A DNA stretch of 64,000 nucleotides from an uncultured virus (IMG/VR IMGVR_UViG_3300032085_001238) (taxonomy: Duplodnaviria > Heunggongvirae > Uroviricota > Caudoviricetes). Under the pieces are notes generated by a model. The model made no database searches and was not told where the DNA came from. It worked only from the letters and a program-made list of their open reading frames with translations. Position numbers and translations under genes: made by a program. This document shows positions 58,353 through 64,000 of this stretch, one piece after another; the first letter of the stretch is position 1; each line of letters starts with the position of its first letter. The stretch lies in IMG/VR virus record IMGVR_UViG_3300032085_001238. One strand, written 5' to 3'.

Positions 58353-58909
58353 AGTTTAACTCCTAAACCGACTTTAAATTGAAAGTCTTCTTGTTTGTTA
58401 TAGTATTCGTGTTTATATAAACCAAATACATTAATTTTTTCTGTTAACCATTTCTTTATTTCTGATTTTAGATTAATGATATTGTTCTCACCTAAATCAG
58501 ACTTAAAAGATAATCCAACATTGTATTCTAAATCGTCTTGTTTTAATTTTTTATTGTATCCTAAACTAGCCAACTTATCTTCATCTTTAATCGATATACC
58601 GAATTTCCATCCGTTATCATCAATACCAAAGTTATAAGTTGTATAAAAAATATCCTTTGATTCTTTGTTCACATAATCCACACCATAATAAATAAAATCA
58701 TTAACGGTATGTGAAAACTTAAACACATCATCTATGTATTTTTCACCTAATTCTCGTTCCCAATCTCTTTTTAATAAATATCTAAATTTTTCGTTTGTGT
58801 TCTCTATTTTAACAGAAAACTCATAATCTAATTTTTTTTCTACATCATTTGGTGTTCTTACACTTAGTGATGTTGATACAATTGTTGCTAACAATAATTC
58901 CTTTATCAT
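58349..58909 (-). CDS. Secreted / outer-membrane beta-rich protein
   Basis: Signal-like N-terminus; amphipathic strands; ends FQFKVGLGVKL. Confidence 0.6.
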   Translation of the reverse strand: MIKELLLATIVSTSLSVRTPNDVEKKLDYEFSVKIENTNEKFRYLLKRDWERELGEKYIDDVFKFSHTVNDFIYYGVDYVNKESKDIFYTTYNFGIDDNGWKFGISIKDEDKLASLGYNKKLKQDDLEYNVGLSFKSDLGENNIINLKSEIKKWLTEKINVFGLYKHEYYNKQEDFQFKVGLGVKL

Positions 58910-59112
58910 TTCTTCTTTCCATACTTTGTATGGTAAAATCTTTTTCTATCTATAACCTTACCAGTTTTTGTGTCAAATGTAGTTTCCAACACATATAACT
59001 TATTCGTCTTTAGACTTACATATGTTGTAACCTCTATTTTATATCTACCTATTTCAGGTTCTGCTGATACCATAAATGATACCAGCAGTAAACCGATTAA
59101 TAACTTTTTCAT
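58906..59112 (-). CDS. Small secreted protein
   Basis: MKKLLIGLLLVSFMVSA signal peptide. Confidence 0.65.
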   Translation of the reverse strand: MKKLLIGLLLVSFMVSAEPEIGRYKIEVTTYVSLKTNKLYVLETTFDTKTGKVIDRKRFYHTKYGKKK

Positions 59113-59113
59113 A

Positions 59114-60100
59114 CTATTGTCCTATTGGAATCCTATTGAAGATTCTTCGTTCAGTTCTTCCCATAACATCACAATCACCATTGTCATTGTTAAACTCATC
59201 ACAATTGAAATAAATATCATTTCCATTATAAGAATACGAACCATCATCACAGAAACCATCACCTAACCAACCTTCAGGTGCACATATGTTATTACAATCT
59301 TCAATCAAACCAGGTGAACATTCACCAGGTATAACTTCACAATCACCTTCATCAAAGTTTAGTTCTTCACACCATAAATTAATTGGAGTTACATATTGTC
59401 CACAATCATCACCACCATTGTATAAACAATCTTGGTACATATTAAAAGCTTCTTCACTTGGGTAAATTGCATATGCTCCATCATCACAATAACTATCACC
59501 TATCCAAGAAACAGGTGCACAATTTCCATCACAATCTAACATCATTTCACCATAATTTAATGAATACCATTCAGTATTACAATCATTAAATTCACAATTA
59601 CCATCATCTACATTTGCATTCATATCATAATTTATAGCGTCATCATTCATACAACCATAAACTATATCATTTAATTCAATACTAAATGAAAAATCTAATC
59701 TATTTGGTCTTGTGTTTGTTATTTCTAAATAATAAATTCCCTCTGTTACAATACCAACCTCAACACCATTTCCATTTGTTGCAAAAGAATACAAAGGTGG
59801 TGGAGCTCCTAACTCACCATCACATGCTTCAAATAAAGCACAATGAAAACCAGCTTGGTTTAAATTTATTGTGAATAAAGTGGTTTCACTTAAATCAAAA
59901 GCTAACCAAGTTGTAGCTCCACCCTCAAGTGATGCTTCAAACTCCACACTATTCCAATCATACAAATTAGATGCTTCACAACCAACCAATACAGGTTCGT
60001 CATCATTACCACCATCATCAGGTGATGTTGGACTTGAACCATCACAACTGAATGTGAATAGTAACATAAAACTCATTAGATACATTAATAATTTATTCAT
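59114..60100 (-). CDS. Lipoprotein with Cys-rich LNR/Notch-like repeats
   Basis: Lipobox-like FTFSC; two C..SW(I/L)GD..CDDG...C.E.N.D.GDC repeats. Confidence 0.7.
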   Translation of the reverse strand: MNKLLMYLMSFMLLFTFSCDGSSPTSPDDGGNDDEPVLVGCEASNLYDWNSVEFEASLEGGATTWLAFDLSETTLFTINLNQAGFHCALFEACDGELGAPPPLYSFATNGNGVEVGIVTEGIYYLEITNTRPNRLDFSFSIELNDIVYGCMNDDAINYDMNANVDDGNCEFNDCNTEWYSLNYGEMMLDCDGNCAPVSWIGDSYCDDGAYAIYPSEEAFNMYQDCLYNGGDDCGQYVTPINLWCEELNFDEGDCEVIPGECSPGLIEDCNNICAPEGWLGDGFCDDGSYSYNGNDIYFNCDEFNNDNGDCDVMGRTERRIFNRIPIGQ

Positions 60101-60111
60101 TTCATTTCCTC

Positions 60112-60489
60112 CTAAAACTTATTTCCAAGTATTTCCTCAACTACTTCGTCAAGTTCATCTGTTGTTGTTTTCAAAGTGAAACTCATATCACCTTGAAGTC
60201 TTTTAACTTCTTCCCCATCATCAAAAAAGATAATCGTTGGAAGTATCACTACATTATTATCAGCTTGAATATTTGGAAAATTATCAATATTCACTCGATA
60301 CACTTTTGCATCAAATGAATCCCATTCATCAATTGCTGTAACTTTATTCACTTCATTCCATCCAGCCCAAAACTCAACAGCCACTAAACCTCTATTGGTT
60401 GCTTTATTGAAATTCTCATCTGTTAATTCTCTTACACCACCGAAAAGGGATGTAATCATTAAACATAGTATAAATATTTTCTTAAACAT
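60112..60489 (-). CDS. Exported thioredoxin-fold protein lacking CxxC
   Basis: LTDENF, VEFWAGWNEVN, LPTIIFFDDGEEVKRLQG. Confidence 0.75.
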   Translation of the reverse strand: MFKKIFILCLMITSLFGGVRELTDENFNKATNRGLVAVEFWAGWNEVNKVTAIDEWDSFDAKVYRVNIDNFPNIQADNNVVILPTIIFFDDGEEVKRLQGDMSFTLKTTTDELDEVVEEILGNKF

Positions 60490-60498
60490 AACCTTCTC

Positions 60499-61176
60499 CT
60501 ACTTATCTAATTTTTCTTCTAATTTTTCAATATCTTTTAGTAAATCTTGAATCTTTTCTTCAAGAACCATAATTTTGTTTCTCGACATTTCATCTTTCAT
60601 CTTATACTCACCACGAGATGGTGGCCAAGATGAGTTAGGGTCAACAGCATAAACACCATCACCAATTGGTGTAAACTTGTTTTCTAAATCTGTAAGTCTT
60701 TTATCCATTGTTGTTTCTAATGATGTTAATCTTTTATCCATATCAACAACTAAAGTATTGTCTTGTGATTCCAATGCTCCAAATCTCGTATCCAACTCAC
60801 CCATAAATGTAAAATACATTGTAATACCTGATACTAATAATGAACCTATATAAATCATAGTTTTTAAATCAATGTTAAACTTTGATGTTTGTAGATTGTC
60901 CATTGTTAAGTCTGGCGCACTTTGTGGTGGAGGTGGAGCAACAGGTGGTTGTTGATACATCTGTTGTTGTGGTTGAACAGGTGGTGGAGGTGGAGGAGGA
61001 GGTGGAGGTGGTGGAGCTTGTATGTCCAACGCTTCCATTAATTGTTCTTGAGTAATCATACCCCATTGTATAAGAACTTGTCCTACTTGAGCATCCTCAC
61101 CTTTAACAGCCATCACACCATCAACTTGTTGTTGTGTAACATATCCTTTTTGAACTAATATTTCACCTATTTTCAT
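60499..61176 (-). CDS. MshEN-like domain / Pro linker / TM / coiled-coil protein
   Basis: KIGEILVQKGYVT...QVGQVLIQWGMITQEQLMEALDIQ. Confidence 0.65.
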   Translation of the reverse strand: MKIGEILVQKGYVTQQQVDGVMAVKGEDAQVGQVLIQWGMITQEQLMEALDIQAPPPPPPPPPPPPVQPQQQMYQQPPVAPPPPQSAPDLTMDNLQTSKFNIDLKTMIYIGSLLVSGITMYFTFMGELDTRFGALESQDNTLVVDMDKRLTSLETTMDKRLTDLENKFTPIGDGVYAVDPNSSWPPSRGEYKMKDEMSRNKIMVLEEKIQDLLKDIEKLEEKLDK

Positions 61177-61185
61177 TCATAACTC

Positions 61186-62274
61186 CTAAAAGACTGTGTA
61201 ATTCAATCCTACTTTTAATTCATAGGAATCAATACTCCAATATCTTAAATATCTTGCTTCACCAAATACACCTAAATTTCTATTAAATTTCCAACCAGCA
61301 ACTAAACCTAAATCAAAATCAATATCACCACTTTCATAAATAAAAGAATATTCCGTAAGTCCTTTACTGATTGGTAGTATTGAAGCCCATCCGTGAACCC
61401 AATACTTTTTATCATATAAATAATAATCTAAACCAATAACCAATGAAGCCTCATATTGCCAACCAAGAGCATTAACCTCTTCTTCATTATAAAGATTAAT
61501 TATATCACCATAATAGTATTCATAAAACTCATCATCGGTTTCTGCAATTAATTCACCATTTTCATCAAACCATTCATAGTTACCAAATTCACCAGGGTCT
61601 TGAACACCATTATCGTTTAAATCATCAAACCAATACTCATCATCATATCCATATTCATAAGCCAATGTCCACCATTGTCCGTTAGAACCTTGTAACCAAT
61701 CATTGAATGGAAACAATCCATAAGCTGGATGTCCTCTAAAGTTACCACCTGCAGTGAAGTTCCAACTTGTTCCAAGTGGTTTCCTCCATCTGGCATCTAA
61801 TTGTGCAAATTCTAAATCCTCTAATCCAAAGTTAGCATAAGTTCCTTTAACTACAAAGTTATCACCCAAGTATCTAACCCAAGATTCTGTATCAACAAAC
61901 TCTTCACCAAAAGAACGAATGGCTGAATACTTAACCAAGTATTCCCAACCACTCACATTACCAATTGTAGCAACATCTGATAAATTCTTTTCTGAACCAT
62001 CATAGAAGTTCTTACCTTTAGCTTGATATTTAAATCTTGCAAGTTTCCTTATACCGAATGAAACATTGTATGAACCCTCAACTTCTTCTGTTGTTTCAAC
62101 AAATGTTCCCAAGTCTTGGTTAAAGTCAAATTGTTGTTTTGGCTCAAATGGTGATTGAACACTTACACTTGTATAAAATGTAGAATACTTTAAAAAGTTA
62201 TCTACAAAATAATTACTACCTTCACTTCCTAATAAGATAGCTGTTGTTAATAAGATTGATAGTAATTTTCTCAT
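61186..62274 (-). CDS. Putative outer-membrane beta-barrel protein
   Basis: Signal peptide, aromatic-rich strands, terminal ELKVGLNYTVF. Confidence 0.65.
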   Translation of the reverse strand: MRKLLSILLTTAILLGSEGSNYFVDNFLKYSTFYTSVSVQSPFEPKQQFDFNQDLGTFVETTEEVEGSYNVSFGIRKLARFKYQAKGKNFYDGSEKNLSDVATIGNVSGWEYLVKYSAIRSFGEEFVDTESWVRYLGDNFVVKGTYANFGLEDLEFAQLDARWRKPLGTSWNFTAGGNFRGHPAYGLFPFNDWLQGSNGQWWTLAYEYGYDDEYWFDDLNDNGVQDPGEFGNYEWFDENGELIAETDDEFYEYYYGDIINLYNEEEVNALGWQYEASLVIGLDYYLYDKKYWVHGWASILPISKGLTEYSFIYESGDIDFDLGLVAGWKFNRNLGVFGEARYLRYWSIDSYELKVGLNYTVF

Positions 62275-62285
62275 TTACTTTTCTC

Positions 62286-62702
62286 CTACTGTATTTTATT
62301 CTCGTGTTTATTTACTACTCTTGTTAATTCTGTTAATAAATCAACACAAGAAGTATCCACTTTATATTTTGACAAGTCCAAAAGTGGTAAAGGTTTTTCT
62401 ATTTTAATGTCTTTCAGTTTGTCATTCTGAATCACTAATTTACTTCCACCTACGATAATACCATCCACTACATCATAAGTAAAGAATGTTGTAGACCAGA
62501 TTCCTACTCTGACTATTCTGCCAGGTTTACCATCTACTTCTACTACATCGTCTTCGTTGTAATCATTACCCTGAAATATCATAAATCCAGCTACAAGTTT
62601 TTCAATTGTAGACCTGAAGAGTAATGTTAAAATACCAACTATAAATAACCACCCGTATTCACCGAGAATTAATGAAACCTGATTTTGGATTTCATTTTCC
62701 AT
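62286..62702 (-). CDS. MscS-like small membrane protein
   Basis: TM, then AGFMIF...DDVVEVDGKPGRIVRVGIWSTTF. Confidence 0.65.
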   Translation of the reverse strand: MENEIQNQVSLILGEYGWLFIVGILTLLFRSTIEKLVAGFMIFQGNDYNEDDVVEVDGKPGRIVRVGIWSTTFFTYDVVDGIIVGGSKLVIQNDKLKDIKIEKPLPLLDLSKYKVDTSCVDLLTELTRVVNKHENKIQ

Positions 62703-62757
62703 ATCAGTTCTCCAATTATTGGTTATATGTTAGTGTAACCTACTTATTATCAAAAAT

Positions 62758-63549
62758 CTATTTGTATCCTATACCTTTACTTCTTTTTTTATTACCTTTT
62801 AAAATCAAATTATGTTTAACCCACATTTTACCTATCACATTTCTTATAGGTTTCTTTATAAATTTATCTATATATTTTTTTGTCAATTTTCCAAACTTAG
62901 CTTGAGCTTCTTTTGGTTTTAAAAACTTTGAATTATCAACAATTACAAAATTACTACCAAACAAAGATTGAAATGCACCTAAGTTCTTTTGAACATCTTT
63001 CCACGATTGAACCAATATGTCTTCTGGTAATCTTCTTGCTCTTTCTTGATTTCTTTGTTTAGCAACTTCTAATGATGTATTAACAAATACCATATATGTA
63101 TCATATCCAAGTTTTTCTAATTGTTTTTTTTCAGCTTTTATCTTTCCAAGATTATGACCTGTTCCATCAATAATCATTCCAAGTCTACCTTCCATATATT
63201 TATTTTTTCTATCTCGTGTCATTAACTTGGCTTTTTTTCTAACTGTCATATTTTCTGAATCTTCATCCCCACCAGCAATAGCATCAAACACTTCTTCTGG
63301 CCATTTATCAATATCTAATTTACCTGTACCGAATGTTTCAAATCCATATTTTTTTAATAAAAATTCAAACTCTGTATCTGAATTAACTGCTTTCAATCCA
63401 CTAACCGATACATTGATTTTTTTAGGAATACCAAACAATTCACCAGCAACATAAGATTTACCAGAACCTGGCCCTCCAGCCATAAAAACGGCTTTCAATA
63501 TACCTTTGTCAAAGACTCCCTCTTCCAATAATTGTTTTAATTTAACCAA
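62758..63549 (-). CDS. Zeta-toxin/PNK-like P-loop kinase
   Basis: AVFMAGGPGSGKS, IIDGTG, VNTSLEVAKQRNQER. Confidence 0.8.
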   Translation of the reverse strand: MVKLKQLLEEGVFDKGILKAVFMAGGPGSGKSYVAGELFGIPKKINVSVSGLKAVNSDTEFEFLLKKYGFETFGTGKLDIDKWPEEVFDAIAGGDEDSENMTVRKKAKLMTRDRKNKYMEGRLGMIIDGTGHNLGKIKAEKKQLEKLGYDTYMVFVNTSLEVAKQRNQERARRLPEDILVQSWKDVQKNLGAFQSLFGSNFVIVDNSKFLKPKEAQAKFGKLTKKYIDKFIKKPIRNVIGKMWVKHNLILKGNKKRSKGIGYK

Positions 63550-63604
63550 AATGGTTCTCCTATTAATATAGTATTATTCATATATAAATATAACAAAAGT
63601 TTAA

Positions 63605-64000
63605 TTAAATGGGAATTATTGTTCTATCTAAACGAACACTACAAGAAATAAAACTTCCAGCTGCATTTAATCTAACATCAGAATTACTTATATCAGTTGT
63701 AAAATTAATTAAGTTCAAACCTGAATTTATTTGTGCATATTCCGTATTTGAAGCTGTTGAATTATGATGTAAAACCAATAATTCACTCACTTGATAATTT
63801 GAAGCACTTGTTACTTGTAAAGTGTATTTTGCTGAACGAAAACTTCCAGTATTAAAAGTATCAATTACTGATGATGAATTAGTCATTTGAACAAATTTAG
63901 TTTTAAATAAATCACCACTTGCACTTATGTTTCCACTTGCGGTTATATGATTGCCTTTTATAAAGCCAGTTGTTGTGAAGTTATTCATTGAAGCTGAATA
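63605..64000 (-). CDS. C-terminal part of a virion structural / fibre protein (partial)
   Basis: Frame open to the window end; ITASGNISASG; RSAKYTLQVT...SELLVLH. Confidence 0.6.
   Translation of the reverse strand, partial: YSASMNNFTTTGFIKGNHITASGNISASGDLFKTKFVQMTNSSSVIDTFNTGSFRSAKYTLQVTSASNYQVSELLVLHHNSTASNTEYAQINSGLNLINFTTDISNSDVRLNAAGSFISCSVRLDRTIIPI

Noticed and set aside
60930..61020. GGT/GGA-rich tract as a DNA repeat element
   Set aside because: It encodes the poly-Pro linker of 60499..61176.
7..62905. Plus-strand ORFs and short alternative-frame minus-strand ORFs in the track
   Set aside because: They are shadows of well-supported minus-strand genes, with no RBS or recognisable motifs.

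Overview
64 kb of an AT-rich, large T4-like myophage genome (Far-T4/RM378-like gene order by my reading). Essentially all real genes are on the minus strand. Read in transcription direction (right to left), the window holds: an envelope-protein cluster; a block of putative internal head proteins; lysis-like genes; terminase, portal and prohead protease; an actin-like ATPase and ribosomal protein bS21; scaffold and major capsid; neck, sheath, tube, tape measure and baseplate genes; then a replication block (PolA-like protein, gp32 SSB, UvsX/RecA, 5'-3' exonuclease, helicase, class II RNR, PolB, probable sliding clamp). The top finding is missed by the ORF track. Gene 58014..58352 has a strong RBS and an in-frame TGA followed by a bacterial SECIS-like hairpin, so it is a candidate phage selenoprotein, and a 23-aa, 8-Cys metallothionein-like micro-ORF is coupled directly behind it. 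Other notable items: a probable +1/-2 frameshift upstream of the tape measure gene, a conserved late-promoter-like motif, shared N-terminal and linker motifs suggesting protease-processed cargo polyproteins, an MshEN-like membrane protein, and several structured intergenic RNAs. All product calls come from motif recognition by eye; no database searches were run.
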